In this document: positions 36,420 to 51,551 of the stretch, one piece after another
Numbering within the stretch: the stretch's first letter is position 1
How the letters are laid out: each line of letters starts with the position of its first letter
NCBI GenBank assembly: GCA_951406725.2
Contig: OX597822.1
Span: 87,854,001 to 87,918,000 of the forward strand
Direction of reading: 5' to 3'
Source of the DNA: Octopus vulgaris
Taxonomy: Eukaryota
Length of the DNA stretch: 64,000 bases
Made by a program: the position numbers and the translations under genes
Notes under the pieces: generated by a model
Told to the model about the DNA's origin: nothing
Databases searched by the model: none
The model's input: the letters and a program-made list of their open reading frames with translations, nothing else

Positions 36420-37422
36420 TATATAAAAAACGAACTGTATCCATCCATTCCATGTCATTCCAAACTACGAAACCCCGCAGGCAACAAGCTACAGGCAAAT
36501 AACGAAATGCATTGTAATCAAACCAAATGAAACCAAATTTATTGGGGATCACCTCCAGATTCTTATTCGATTTCTCTCTCCTAATGGGTTTCTCTAAGCT
36601 TGTTGAGTGTTTCAGCATATCGCTTGCAGTTCAAGAAAAGCCACGTCCCAGAAAATCAAGGAAAATGATGTCCTTGTCATCCCCTAAAACAATCACTATA
36701 ACTTTCTGTGCTGATCACTGTCCCTTGAACTCAGACCTTTGAGATGTGTGACACTGTTGCATGCACTGAGTCTTCGCTTCTAAATCGTAAAATTACGCCC
36801 ACCTTTCAGTCTTTGTCACCAGATCGTACCCCCCCCCCCCCCAAAAAAAAAAACGTGTTTCCATTGGCTTCATATGCTTCAAGTAGATCAGAGCAGATTT
36901 CCATACTTCTCCATACTTCAAATCGCATGTCAAGTTCTGATGTACCCACTTCGCATACACTTTCCGATACCCAAAGACTTTCACCATCTTCTGTAATACA
37001 TTGTTACAACGATCCAGTTGTGCAATAAGCTCACGGATTGTGACTCCTCTGACGGCGCGAATCAGTTCCTTTCCTTGCTAGCGATTAGTGTCAGTGATCA
37101 CAATTGACGGTTTCAATACTGGTTTACATTTCTTTACACTTCTTCATCCATCTGTGCACATTACTCTTATCGATGGTGCCATCTCCGTAGACAACCTGTA
37201 GCCTTCGGTAAATGTCGGACATCCTGCATCGCTCCTTCATCAAGATCTAAATGATATATTGCTTACACTTGGAACCCATCATTTCCTTGCAAAGAAGAAC
37301 AGGAAGAAAAACTACAGTAAAGCAAAGAGTTACTCTATTAACATATGCAATTTTAGTGACCTTTGTCAATTAATGAAAAACTTTATGCCTACTTTTGCAT
37401 TATTTTCAGGACAACCCTCGCA
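36420..37422 (-). mobile_element. Mariner (irritans-like) fossil
   Basis: Minus-strand motifs VYGDGTIDKSNVHRW and GYRKVYAKWV (WVP motif). A TIR-like TTTTCAGGACAACCCTCGCA lies at ~37403-37422. Confidence 0.7.
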
Positions 37423-37667
37423 TAAATGAACAATTGTACGACAATAAAATAAACACAAGTTGTAATTAGAATCGTTTCAACTGTACAGGAAGTTGCTCGC
37501 TCTTGATTTGACACTTTACAAATTTAATTAATGGTATATTTTTGTATTTTTATTGTGCACATGTGTGCATGTGTATGTGTATAAACATGTCTATGACTTT
37601 CTCAGTCTTCCTCTTTGTATCTATATCTTCAAACATATGAACTCGTATATCTAGAGAAAGTCTCTAC

Positions 37668-38080
<413 letters not shown>

Positions 38081-38629
38081 CGCTGGTTCCCGTTTTGTTA
38101 ACTTTTTGATGCAATGGAGATAGATTTAAAAGATACTGCTGTAAATCGCACGAATGTTTACAAAAGAAAAACTGCTTTAGAATTAAAAATTTAGGAAAAC
38201 ATTATAGAAACTTATTATAATCTTGCTTCCCCAATCATAGCTCCTTCAAATAAAATTAGAAACGACACGTCTTTGAAGACGCCCAGTTAGTAACTCTGGG
38301 TTTTCTTGAAACTTAAACATATTTTAAACATTTTGCTGATACATACATACATACATACATACATACATACATACATACATACATACATACATACACGTAC
38401 GCGCGCGTGTAGTCTTTCTTCTATTTGTTTCAGTCATCTGACTACAGCCATGCTGGAACTCCGCCTTCAAAGATTTTAGTCGAACAAATCGACCACAGGA
38501 CTTATCTTTTATCCTAGTACTTATTCTATCGGCCTTTTCCTCCGAACCGCTAAGTTATATGGAGACATAAACACACCCACACCGGTTGTCAAACGGTGGT
38601 GGTGGACAAATATAGGCACCCCACCACAT

Positions 38630-39248
38630 TTTGCTGAACCCTAATTATAATTATATTCATAATTATAGAATTTTTTTGTATAAGTTTACCGATAATGGTT
38701 CTTTTAACATACCGAACTACTTGGCAAAATTATTCATTATTAATTAATTATTTAATTTTACCCTTTATTATTATGGATAATATAATCCTCTCCCTGATAG
38801 TAAACTGCAGTTTTCTGCAGAATTTTACTTGTTGGCACACATGGGTGAGTGGGGAGGAATACGTAATCTCATTTGTCTGTTTGAATTCGGAAGTACTGGT
38901 CGTTGGATATACGTTGTCTGATGTCGCTTGATCAGATAAGTATGTTAATTTTCAGTGCTCTCAAATTTAAAATCTTGAATGACTGTACTGAAGAGGAGAA
39001 TGAGAGAGTAGAAATATGATTTTACATTTTTTTCACATCTCTCTAACTCCGAAACGCGTATACAGTTAATCAGAGCCGGGTGGATTCGTTATTTTTTCTC
39101 TTTTCCTGCGTGTGTTGTTGAGTATTTCTGTCTGGGAGATTTTCTTATGGTAGTAAAATAGTAGTTTAACTGCTATTTCTAAATTTCGGTGTGTGGGGAA
39201 GCAAATTTTGCTGAACCCTAATTATAATTCTACTCATAATTATAGAAT

Positions 39249-39250
<2 letters not shown>
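38630..39250 (+). mobile_element. Hammerhead-bearing unit bounded by ~44-bp direct repeats (Penelope pseudo-LTR or retrozyme-like)
   Basis: TTTGCTGAACCCTAATTATAATT...CATAATTATAGAATTT occurs at ~38631-38673 and ~39207-39250, enclosing the hammerhead at 38981-39067. Confidence 0.6.
38981..39067 (+). ncRNA. Type I hammerhead ribozyme with intact core
   Basis: Stem I GACTGTA/TACAGTT, core CTGAAGA (38988-94), stem II GGAG/CTCC with an extended hairpin, GAAA (39051-54), palindromic stem III ACGCGT, and predicted cleavage after GUA at 39060. Confidence 0.85.
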
Positions 39251-39285
<35 letters not shown>

Positions 39286-39287
39286 TG

Positions 39288-39319
<32 letters not shown>

Positions 39320-39656
39320 CATACATACATACATACATACATACACACATATATATATATAAACATACATACATATATATATGTATGCATATATATATAC
39401 ATGCGTATATAAAACGATACGTGTGTATATATAAAAATGTACGCACTACTTTGTATGTTGGTAGATTTTTAACCCTACAGAAATTAATATTGATGTCTTT
39501 CTTTTTTTTTTTAATTTATCATCTTTTACCTGTTTCAGTAATTAGATTGTGGCCTTGCTGTGTTTGGGAAGCAAACTTCGTATTACACCGCCACGCTAAT
39601 GCCTTTATAAACAATAAAAATAGAAAGAATATATGTAAGAAGCATACATGTATGTA

Positions 39657-40919
39657 TTGGGTTGGCCAAAAAGTCCGTTGGTTGTTTTAGGTGAAAATCA
39701 AAACAAAGTAAACAATTGTGAAAAATGTATTTAATCAATACAATAGTTGCCATTTGCTTCTATAACCTTTCGCCACCTGTTGGGTAGATCTTTAATCCCC
39801 TGTTCGAAGAATTTAGGTTCTTTAGCAAAAAATGTTTCCAAGAAAATTTTCACGTCTTTATACGAATTAAATTATTTTTTTTCATTCAATGAATTTTGCA
39901 GTGACCAAAACAGATGGAAATCTGATGGGGCCAGATCTGGAGATTACGGAGGGTGAGGCAAAACTTCCCACTCAAGCTGCAGCAACTTCTGCCGAGTAAT
40001 CAAAGCAGTGTGTGACCTTGTGTTGTCATGGTGGAAAACAACGCCTTTGCAATTCACCAGTTCTGGTCGTTTTTGATGAAGAGCCGTGTTTAATTTATCC
40101 AGTTGTTCACAATAAACCTCTGAATTGATGGTTTTATTCAAGGGAAGAAATTCAAAAAAGATAACACCCTTCCAATCTCACCATATCGATAACAGCACTT
40201 TCTTTGGGTGAAGACCTGCTTTAGATGTTCGTTTTGGAGAATCCCCTGCTTTTTTTCCATGATCTTCTTCGTTTGACATTATTGTAAACTACCCATTTTC
40301 ATCTCCAGTAACAATTCTTCTCAAAAAGGGTTCGTTGTTTTCCCTTTTCATTAAGGAATCGCAAATGAAAACCCTCTTTCAATTTATGGAGAACCCAAAC
40401 ATCAAGTTTAGAAACATAACCAAGTTTATGCAATTCATTTTCCATACTTGTTTTGGATATGTTAAGAATATTTGTCTGGTCGTAAGACTGCAGTCTTGTT
40501 TGACTACAGCTCTCAGTTGGTCATTATCAATTTCTTTTCGCCGGCCAGAGCTAGGTGTATCTCTTACTGAAAAATTCGCTGATCGAAATCAAACAAACCA
40601 TTTCTGGCACACCCGTTCTGAAACAGCAATCTCTCCATACACATTGCATAACTTTCGGCAAGTTTCTGTTGCTTTCTTTCCTTTTCTGTAGTAAAAAAGC
40701 ATAAGATGCCAATAGTGCTCCGTCCGGTCTTCCATGTCTAGGCTCAAATGCAATCAAACAAGCTGCAATCTCTCTCCTTTGAGGCTTGTTACACACTGAT
40801 ATGTAACCATGGTCGTTATACCGAATACAGTTTCTAAAGAAAAAGAAATATCGGAACAGTGATTAGAAGACCGGACAGTTGATACTAACAAAAACGAACG
40901 GACTTTTTGGCCCACCCAA
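39657..40919 (-). mobile_element. Full-length mariner element (1263 bp) with a defective DD34D transposase
   Basis: TIRs TTGGGTTGGCCAAAAAGTCCGTT / AACGGACTTTTTGGCCCACCCAA with TA TSDs. The transposase (40735-39731) has MEDRTEHYWHLMLFYYRKGKKA, IVTGDEKW, FHHDNTRSH and HPP*SPDLAPSDFHLF. Confidence 0.92.
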
Positions 40920-41813
40920 TATATATATATAAATAGATGTTTGTTTGTTTGTGTATATAAAACTCTATACACTACCTTGTGGAAGGGAATTTGAAAGAAT
41001 ATATATATCTGCGGGGTGGGATGGGGAGTGGGGTGAATACACCTACCAACTTATTTTCCTAATTGTTTCAAAAACGAGATAAAAGCTAGAGGGCAATCAT
41101 GTAACTTTAAATAGCAGCAATTTCAAGTGAAGAATGGAGCCAGTTGTTTTGTCGCGAAAGGCAGAGGGTAATTTAGATCCTATAAAGAAACAAAGAAACA
41201 TTTGATAAGCACATAAACAGTCAGCCTTCATCACTTTATCACTTTATTATCTCCGAACGCTTAATTTTATCCTTCAGCTTTGCACTTTCTTCCACCAGAC
41301 CATAAAGATAGAATTGTAATTTATAGTCAAGTTGGCCCCTTTTTTTTGTCCATTTCTTTATTTCAGTATTTTGATTTTGATTAAAATTGTATTTTATCTG
41401 TCATTATATCTACAGGTTTAGTTTTGTCTGTAAACTGTAAATATCACATTGCTTTGCGTATGCATTCTCACACTGAGTGAAATGACTATAAGATCTTACG
41501 AAAGACTTATTTAAACAATGATCTGATGCGGCGCATTTTACACCTAGGATAGATGACAATGATTACATAACATCTCATCAATGTACTACGGGTGTAAAAA
41601 TGCAGTGAAACAATTGTAGTGATTTTAAGTAAAGAATATCGCTTACTCCATTTTCTGCACTTATCTATGCATACTAAAGAATTCCTGAAGTACATCCAGT
41701 AGCAAAAGCATTTCCACCGTATGATGCCATCAGATAACCAATAACTGTGGACAAGTTTTGAATAATATATTACAAGGTTTTTAGCCAAATCTTATTTAAC
41801 TATTTTTTTTTTA

Positions 41814-42325
41814 CCGTAAATCCTCGAGTATAGTCCACCCTTGAGTATAATACGCAGGGGATTTTTAGGGGGATGTACCTCTGAAAAACCTAAACCTTGT
41901 GTATAATACGCACCCCTTCTCTAACTTGAGTCAAGGAGGTCTATATAACGTCCTTGGTTTGTTAAAATATATACGGTAACGTCCTTTATTATTATTGTAC
42001 ATATAACATAATGCAAACGAGTAGCTTTTTTGTGCATTTTGTTTGCAGAAAATAAAGAAATAACAGTAATAACGTTTAATAAATGTTGCTTACTGCAAGT
42101 TATGGATTATTCTTTTATGGCTTCATTGCTTTCAGGCTTAGCTTAAGGTATTTTCGCGCCCGACATCACAAAATACATTTGAATAAATATTGCCGGACAG
42201 CAAATAGAGACTCGGACATTGCTTAGAAAATAATTATCACTTTTAACCTCATATATAGTACGCACTAGGGATTTTGACCATTAAATTTTGGGGAAAAAAA
42301 GCGGATTATACTCGAAGATTTACGG
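41814..42325. mobile_element. Tc2/pogo-type MITE
   Basis: TIRs CCGTAAATCCTCGAGTATAGTCC / GGATTATACTCGAAGATTTACGG with a TA TSD. It is inserted in the tail of an OR2-like SINE (42326-42440). Confidence 0.8.
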
Positions 42326-42716
42326 TACTTGTTTAAATCATTTGACTGCGGCCATGCTGGAGCAATGCCTTTAAAGGTTTTAGTCGGAGAAATCGACTGC
42401 AGGACTTACTCTTTGTAAGCCTAGTACTTATTCTACTGGGCTCTAAGGTTAATTCCTATAGAAGGGTATATTATATTAACTTGGTAATTAATTATTGCAA
42501 CGTAAAGTATCTAAGTTTCTATAAAACATTACTTACGAGTAGATATATTATCTGTAGTTTTTATCCTTCAGTTATCTCTTAAGCATAACGTAGAATTTTT
42601 GTCAGTAGTTTTTGTTCTTTAGATATCTAATAACGTCATCAATTTTAGTAGATAAATATATTCGTTTTCTACGTTATGTTTATTTTTATATACATTTCAA
42701 ATTCTCAAAAAATATG

Positions 42717-43100
42717 GGTATCTTTTCGCTTTGACCGGCAGATTTTTAAAATAATTTCTTTGTAACTTCGTATACTGGTAGAATGTGTTTATAAAACATC
42801 TTTTTCTCTTGGCTTTCTTGAGAACATTCTGTAGTTAGTTGGCTATTTGTTGTTTAATTTCTTGCATTTCGGCAATTTCAACCAACCAATGACGTCTATT
42901 GAGGTGAATACAATTTCTCCGGACTTTTGTCAACAACAATTATTTGCGGTGTCATATGAATTTGTCACTGTTATTTATGAGAAAAAAGATACCCTGTGGC
43001 CATAAACTGAGGGGTCACTCGTAAACAGAGCTGGATAACAAAACCGTTCCCTCTTTAGTGTCCATCCATAATTATGACCCTAGTATCGATCTATTCTTCC
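42717..43100. mobile_element. Older Merlin-like MITE relative, truncated
   Basis: Begins GGTATCTTTTCGCTTTGACCGGCAG and shares internal blocks with family A. A Helitron-like 3' end (...GAGCTAGT) follows at ~43455-43484. Confidence 0.55.
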
Positions 43101-43786
43101 TTTTTAAGTGTGTAATGCCAAAAACAAAACAAAAATGGCAAAATAGGCACTGAGTGGGGAAGGGGGGATTGAAAAATTCATAAATTATTCTGAAAATTTG
43201 GTTATTTTTACTGAAAACACGCCTCCCATTATTTATAAGTGTATAGTGCAAATAAAGAATTGAACAAAATCGGTCCGGAAGTGAGGAGTGGGGATTCACA
43301 AATTAAAAATAATCTTTTTCATAAAAAGCTTCTCCCCTTAATTGCAAGGGTATAGTGGAAAAAAAATTCGAAAAATTCCCGTCAAAAAGTAGAAAATCCA
43401 TTTTATATGGATATACTATTCCAAAAGTCTACCAAAGCATTCTATTATGAAAATTACCCGGCAAGGATGGCATACTGAGCTAGTATATATACATATTTTA
43501 AGATCCACAAAGATCAGAACTTAACTGCAGCTGTTGGTTGTTCAAATCGGATGGTGTCTTTTCAAAACATTGTCTGGTTTAAAAAACCACATCAGATGCC
43601 ATGATGGTTCTACGGTGTAGGTACAGGAGATGGTCAAAGAAGTAGGCAACCACCATATATATATATATATATATTTCAATAATAATAAAAGAGTAAAATT
43701 AATTAATCAATTAATCAATTAATTAATCAATAATTAATTATTTTAACAAGTAGTCGGTAGTTAAAATAACTAAAATGTATATACAT

Positions 43787-43847
<61 letters not shown>

Positions 43848-43899
43848 ACACACACACACACATACACACACATATATATGACCGGTGTTCGGCCAAGCC

Positions 43900-44495
43900 T
43901 GACCTTTCTTTCTTGGTCTGGCCATCATCCGTGCAACATCAATATTTCTCCCTTTGTCTGTGAAATCTTGTATCCCTGCCGTAAGGCTTCATTTCCACAC
44001 ACGCCAGCTTAATTTAATTCGTCATAATGCACTGAACTAAACCGTAAGTAATCTGCACATCCTCCGATTACTTACGGATGGTGATTCGACGACTTCCCCT
44101 CACAGCTGCACGCACATCTGCGATGATTTTTCCCACTTCTGCTGGTTGTGGCTCTCCCAGAATGTTCATTAATATCAACATTTTTTGGCCATCTTGGAAA
44201 CGTCTGAACCACTCATACACTTGTGTGCAGCTCATACACTCCTCTCCATACACTTTCTGCAACTTTGTGTAGGCCTCTGAGCAGGTATCGCCATGACAGC
44301 TTTCTCTGTCATGGACAATGCGACGATCACACGCTACACACCTTCCTTCAAAGCACTGCCGTAAACAGCGGCAGTGAGCTAGAACGTTAAAACTTTGTGC
44401 GCACGCACAGCAGAGTTGAAGGTCAATCTGTGCCAAGCGGCTTCACTCTGCGTGCTTTAGCTTCGTTACTATGGCAACAGCCCCGATACTTCTAC
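43900..44495 (-). pseudogene. Mariner transposase N-terminal fragment
   Basis: SEAYTKLQKVYGEECMSCTQVYEWFRRFQDG and VRGSRRITIR match the mariner HTH region. Confidence 0.75.
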
Positions 44496-45697
44496 AGAAG
44501 GAAGTAGTAAATTAAGGATCCACAGTAGTATTTTAAGTGTCTATGAAAAAAAATGTTACTTTGGATGTACCTATTGAAAGAAACAACTAGGTTTCTTTCT
44601 CTAACGGTTTACATAGTTCAACATACACAAGTTATTGTGTGAAAAACAAAATAGGATCTTAAAAAGACGTATCTACAAAACTAGTTTTTACGCACCGTAT
44701 GGCTTTGCGGGTGTACCAGAATTGAATAGTAATCAAAGGGCTCTATAGGCAAGAAATTGTTGAGAACCACTGCTTTAGTACCATGGTAGAATGCTTGTAA
44801 TGTCTGTAGATGTAGGTTCGAGTTCCACGGGCAGCAACTGACTTTTTTTATCAAATATTTACATGCTAGTGTTTATAGCTTTTTATGTCCGTGCTACGAG
44901 ATATGCCATTCCAAAAAAGAATTATTTCAAATTCTTTCGAAAGTTTATGAAAAATTTCTGACGGCAATACAATGTTTATCAACTATTTCAAACGATCCCT
45001 GATGTGTGGTATAAATATCAACGGGTTATTGATATCTAATTCGACGGGAAATGAAGATATTTGCTGTCAGATGACAAATAAAACTATTCAGTAAAAAAAA
45101 CACCGCAATATTTTACTGCCTTCAAAGAAATATAAAACATTGTTTAGATTCCGTAGAGAGGTTTCTAAGTTTAAAAGCTCATTGGTATATCTCCATTAAA
45201 GTAATCGTCGAGTAGTAAAACAATATGGTTGCTGCAGTGTTAAATATATTTGCACTCAACTTTGTGTGGTGGTTGCATAGATGACAAAGGAGAACTTCTG
45301 CTAAAGTATGGGGTCTAATAAGCCTGGTATTTCTTGGTAGCTTAACAGAAAATTCTGAGGATCAAAAAATTCTTCCTACGAGCTACGTAAATTCTATATA
45401 AGCTTAAGTCTCGTATAAACGAGTAAACAAACGAACAAGAGTAAAACTCAATACATGTAGTTGTAGACATTGACAAACGTTCTACCATTGGACTAAAACA
45501 ATTATTTCTCTATCCATTTTTATGACGTCAGCTACCTACAGTTGTCGCCGGTGAGAATAAAGTTTCTAAAATTTGAAAGATTGCTTTAATCCAATGTAAG
45601 AATGCCTGTCATGTTTACAGGAGACGTGAGTCTTCGATTTTTCTATCCAATATTTACATGCTATTGTCTATAGCGTTATGTATAGGCTTCGAAATAT

Positions 45698-45776
<79 letters not shown>

Positions 45777-45795
45777 GTCTATTTATCTATCTAAG

Positions 45796-45861
<66 letters not shown>

Positions 45862-45945
45862 CTATATATATATACTTAGAAATGGATGCGTGGCGTTCAA
45901 TCAAATAATAATATAAATAATATATATGCATACATACATACATAC

Positions 45946-45989
<44 letters not shown>

Positions 45990-46545
45990 CACATATATGC
46001 ATATATGGGTACAGGACGTTACCAACAGTAAACAACATGAAGTACGAAAACAAATGAGTTCAATACGCAATGGGAAAAACAAATGGAAAACAGGACAAGT
46101 AACATAAAGAAAGACATTTCATCAGTTGTCGGCTGTCTATCTACTCCTCATATCGAGCATTGAACGACAATATGAGTCTGCGAAGACAGTTGCTCCCATA
46201 AGTACCAAAATAAAATTTTGGATTTATGGAGGGTCAAAGTTGGGAACAAAAACAGGATAGTAGAGACATACAAAGAAACGAAAACAAACATGGAGGGTAA
46301 AATAGCGAACGCTAGAGAAATATTTTCTTTGACAAGAGAAAAGATAGAAGAGAGAGATATGATACGTCCAATCTTTAGGACAACCCTGAAAGAAAAGAAA
46401 GATGATCACATGAGGAAAAGAAATATGGACGATGGTCACATGTGAGCAACGAGAGAGAGAGAGAGATAGAGAGAGTAAAGGAGAAAGAGAAGGAGAGAGA
46501 GAGAAAAGGAGAAAGAGGAGGAGAGAGACAGATAGAAAACGGTAA

Positions 46546-46606
<61 letters not shown>

Positions 46607-47190
46607 TGATGTTGGCAGGGAATAACTCCGAAATATATAATATAATTAAATGCATGAAAAGGACATGGCTGTTTGAAAACATCCTCCTTTCTCAAGCGAA
46701 TGACTTCAAAATTTTCCTTGTTTAGCATCATGTTGGGTTTATTATTTTCTTTAATTTTTCTCCACTTGCTTACACTGTATGGTTTTGGTTGGAGCTTATC
46801 CAGTTATTTTCTCTGTTAATTTCATTCTACTGTTTGATGGTACAAATTGGAGGTGTGCGTGTGTGTGGTATTTCGGTTATTTGATTAGGCTGAATTAGCC
46901 GACGTGTTTTTCTCGTATACAACCGAATCCATTTTAGTTTTGATGAAACAATTTATTTGTACATAAACATAACATTGATTACAAAAAGTTACTTGCTGGA
47001 AGCTATATCACCAGTTACCTGTGGAATCATGTATGCTTCTTGTGTTTGGTTAAGAATTGGCTAGCTGCATATTCGTGTGACGAGAGATGGGAAAAATCTA
47101 ATTCTGCGTTCATCGTAAACAAATAATTTTTTTAGCCTAAGGTCGAGCAGCGATCAAAAATCCTGCCCTAAAACGTCTGCGCTGATTGTC

Positions 47191-47745
47191 CCGTGCGCGA
47201 AAAGTTTTTTCCCACGAGAGTTCCTGGCCCCAGTAATGAACTCATTTGCATACAGCCAATCAGAGCTCACCTTGACCTTGTCACCTTAACAAACACACTC
47301 TGCCAAGTAAACTCAAGGCGAAGAATGGTGTTGTAAGTCGACCGATCGCCAAGTTATGCCTGATTATAGAAGGAGACAAGTAATTAGACAGATTTGCAAC
47401 TATACCTATTAACAGATTTTGTTAGAGCCCCATATCATACAGATGTGGATGGGGAAAATGTGGGTAGAGGGTGATATGCTAGCAACCCTCTTTCCTTACT
47501 GCTTTACAAAGTATAAGAAAACAAATAACTACGCAGAAGCAGCCATGGCTGAAACAAGAACAACAGGCATTCTTAAAAGAGAAAAGAGGCAGGGTCTTTC
47601 CTTACCCAAGTGACCTTTTATCGCTCATCATTTGCTTTGTGCTCATAAATTAGTTTGATAGTTGAACTCTGATAGGCTGTATGCAAATAATTTCATAATG
47701 GGGGTCCGGAACTCCTGTGGGAAAAAAAAAATTTGCGTCCCGCGG
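47191..47745. repeat. Old inverted repeat with ~80-bp arms carrying octamer and CCAAT motifs
   Basis: 47191-47269 and 47663-47745 are diverged reverse complements. The left arm has ATTTGCATACAGCCAATCAG. Confidence 0.6.
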
Positions 47746-48999
47746 TTCTATATTCATAGCCATGTTTTGGCTGGAAATCATGGAGTTTTCCATTGATTGT
47801 ACGGTTGCAGCTGTAGTATCATTAGTTGACAATTAGGCCAGCATCACCTGATATGCTGTGTCCATATTTCTCGTTACTAAACTAACGCGTTTGCAATTCT
47901 AAACTCCGCTAGAATGATATTTAAAACATTGTTTTGATAAACTGTCTAGTACTTGGAGGACCCCACTAATTATTTTTGTTGGTTTTCAGTGGATTCTCTC
48001 AATCACAACATGTTGGGTTTCTGCTTGCTAAAAAATACTACTTAATCCAGCGAAGTAGGTTTATATAGCTGCAATGTCGGGCAAATTTATTTCAACAGAA
48101 TATAGCGGTGAGGTACCCTGTCAAAGGCCTTGCAGGAAGGACCCCTTTTCCAAAATATATATCATCAAAAAAATATCATCAGAGTGGCGTAGAAAACTGT
48201 GTTAACACTTCATTCTCATATTTCTGTTGAAATACAGAGTCCCTGTTTCAAATAATTTTGAAAATAATGAAGAATTTAGTAAAATAACTTAATCGAAATT
48301 AAACTAGTGTTTGAGACATAAATAAGCATGAAATTTTGATTGAAAGTTTTTGTTTCGATCGATTTACAACAGGAAGTTTGGATCATGTCGATCTCGGAAG
48401 GGTTGGTTTCAAATAGTCTCTGCCACCCTGAAAACCATGTTAGTCTGAATTAAGGAGAATGTTGTCAGAGAGTTATGGCCTCACTATTTTCTCAAATACT
48501 TGAGATAAAAATGGGAATTGAGGGTAGCTTACTGCAAGTGATTTACTTCTCTTTTGAAAATTTGTAAACACAGAAAGAGATAGAAAATATTAGAGTACAT
48601 TGCCTGCATCTAGTGATTTCCACCTATGATTAACTACGGGAGATACAATTTTGTGTCGGCATTCCTTCAGAACATTAGCAGGAACTCTGTTGGGGTCAAC
48701 AGCTAAGTAATGTTTTATTTCATATATTGCTACTATGATGTCCAATGTGCCGAAAGTTGTGTGTGAGGAAAGATAATTTAGAGGTTGTTTTTTATTGCTA
48801 CTAAGTAAACTTTAGTGGAGCGGGGTCACTGAAGACAGAGCAATATTGTTTCTGTAGAATCTCCGTCGTTTCTTTGGCTTCTTTGTGGATAATACTGCTT
48901 TCATAATTTATAGGTACATACATAACTCAAAAACATAGAAGTATATATGCATGCCCGTATATACGCATGTGTGTGTGGGCATGTGTGTATGTAGGAATA

Positions 49000-49035
<36 letters not shown>

Positions 49036-49177
49036 CTTCATACTTGATATAAAATATGGACTTATATTCGGATATATAATCATATATATGCCATTTTATT
49101 AAAGCCGAAAAATCATACGTCATACATTATATATGTATATATACATACATACATACATACATACATACATACATACA

Positions 49178-49212
<35 letters not shown>

Positions 49213-49574
49213 TTATACGCCAGCTCAACTTGATTCGTCTTTATTAGTCGAAAGACATCTGTTGTTATTTTCTTGTTGCTTGTATTTGTAATTGTGTAAC
49301 ATGTTTTTTTGTGTAACCGTTTTTTGTCATTGTTGTACACATTCGCTTGCTTTCTCCCCCAAAATTTAATGCTCTTAGCTTAGATTTTTGGGGGTAACCA
49401 AATTTGAACAGTCTCAAATGTAACTGCCCGAAACTGTAAGGATAATTTGGTAACTTGACTGGTGAGAGGAACTTGCGAATGACCCGTCATTGCTTTTTTT
49501 TCCTGTCCGTCGTCGCATCGTCTATCTATCCGCATGTTTTGTCGTTTGTTGCGTTCTTGTTCCATTTTTTTTTA

Positions 49575-49866
<292 letters not shown>

Positions 49867-50909
49867 TTAATTCGAAGAAGCTATATTCTCATTAGGGATT
49901 ATATTATCCAAGATATTCCACTGATTTAACCCCTATCAAAGTCATTAGTATATGTTAAAGATTACTGAAATTATCTATATTGGGGGAAAAGCAAGAAGGA
50001 CAAAATGGAGAAGAAATGGATGTACGAATAATTTATTTAAATGCTTGGAAATTCTGATCAACTAGGTGATAGGTTTGAAACATATATGTAGGTTACTTTG
50101 GTCTATTTTACTTTTTGAGTTTTTCTGCTATGTTTTTTAAAAGAATCTTTTATCTCTTTGTAACATACAAATAAATTATTCATACATCCATTTCTTCTCC
50201 ATTTTCTTCTTGCTTTTCCCCAATACACACACACACACACACACACGTACGTACGTATGTATGTATGTATGTATGTATGTATGTATGTATGTATGTATGT
50301 ATGTATGTATGTATGTATGTATGTATGTATGTACATTAGACAGATGGATCTTTACTAAGGGATGTGAACTGAAAAAAATATATTGTGTAAGAAGATAAAG
50401 ATTCTAAAGCATTCCGAATTTACTGAAATTATGTGGCATGGAAAGCGTAGTTAATTGTTAATAATAGCCATACAGCTAACATTACGTCACACTTCAAAGA
50501 AACCTATTTGCAACATTTATTAAACCGAAAGTCTGAATTATATTGGCGACACCGTTGGGAATGAATAGAACCAAACAGATCCTGTGAAATCAGTCGTCTG
50601 CGTCGGTTTTCTTTAAACATTGCCCTAAAAATACTTTTAATTCACTTCAAACATTCTTCTAATGAAAGAAGAAACTGTTGGAAACCAGCGAAGTAAAACG
50701 AGAAGGTTGTGCACCATGTATACGACGACACATAAATATATTACATAATGTTTTTTATAAGGTTCTATTATGTTTAGAGTATGTCCTAGTATCTTCTTTT
50801 AATTGTTTCAGTCATTGAACTGCAAACATGTTGGGGCGACTCCTTGAAGTGTTTAAATCAAACAAATCGTCTTTTTCTTCTCTTCTTTTTCTTTTCAGTC
50901 AGCTATTTA

Positions 50910-50939
50910 TAATTATCATCATCATCATCATCATCATCG

Positions 50940-51001
<62 letters not shown>

Positions 51002-51009
51002 CATTATTA

Positions 51010-51064
<55 letters not shown>

Positions 51065-51345
51065 CATCATTATCATTATCATTATTTTATATATGTATAC
51101 ATACATACACACACACACACATATACATATATATATATACATATATATATATGCATATACATATATATATATACATATATATACATACATGCATACATAC
51201 ATACATATATATGTATGTATGTATGTATATATATATATATATATATGCATATATGTATATATATGTATATATATATATATATTATATGTGTGTGTGTATA
51301 TATATATGTGTATGTATGTATATATATATATATACACACACACAA
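50910..51345. repeat. (ATC)n/(TAT)n plus (TA)-rich microsatellite block
   Basis: Directly visible simple repeats. Confidence 0.95.
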
Positions 51346-51551
51346 AATAAGAAAATGGAGAAACATATCTTAATCAATGATCAACTACCAGATAATACCC
51401 AATCACATAATTTATTAAACCACTACATATGAACATTAAGGTCAAACATAATAAAATAGAACAAAACAATGTACATGAAAGAGTAATATGATACAATAAG
51501 TACAGTATGTATAAGTGAATATAAATAAATACAAATATAAATATAAACTAC

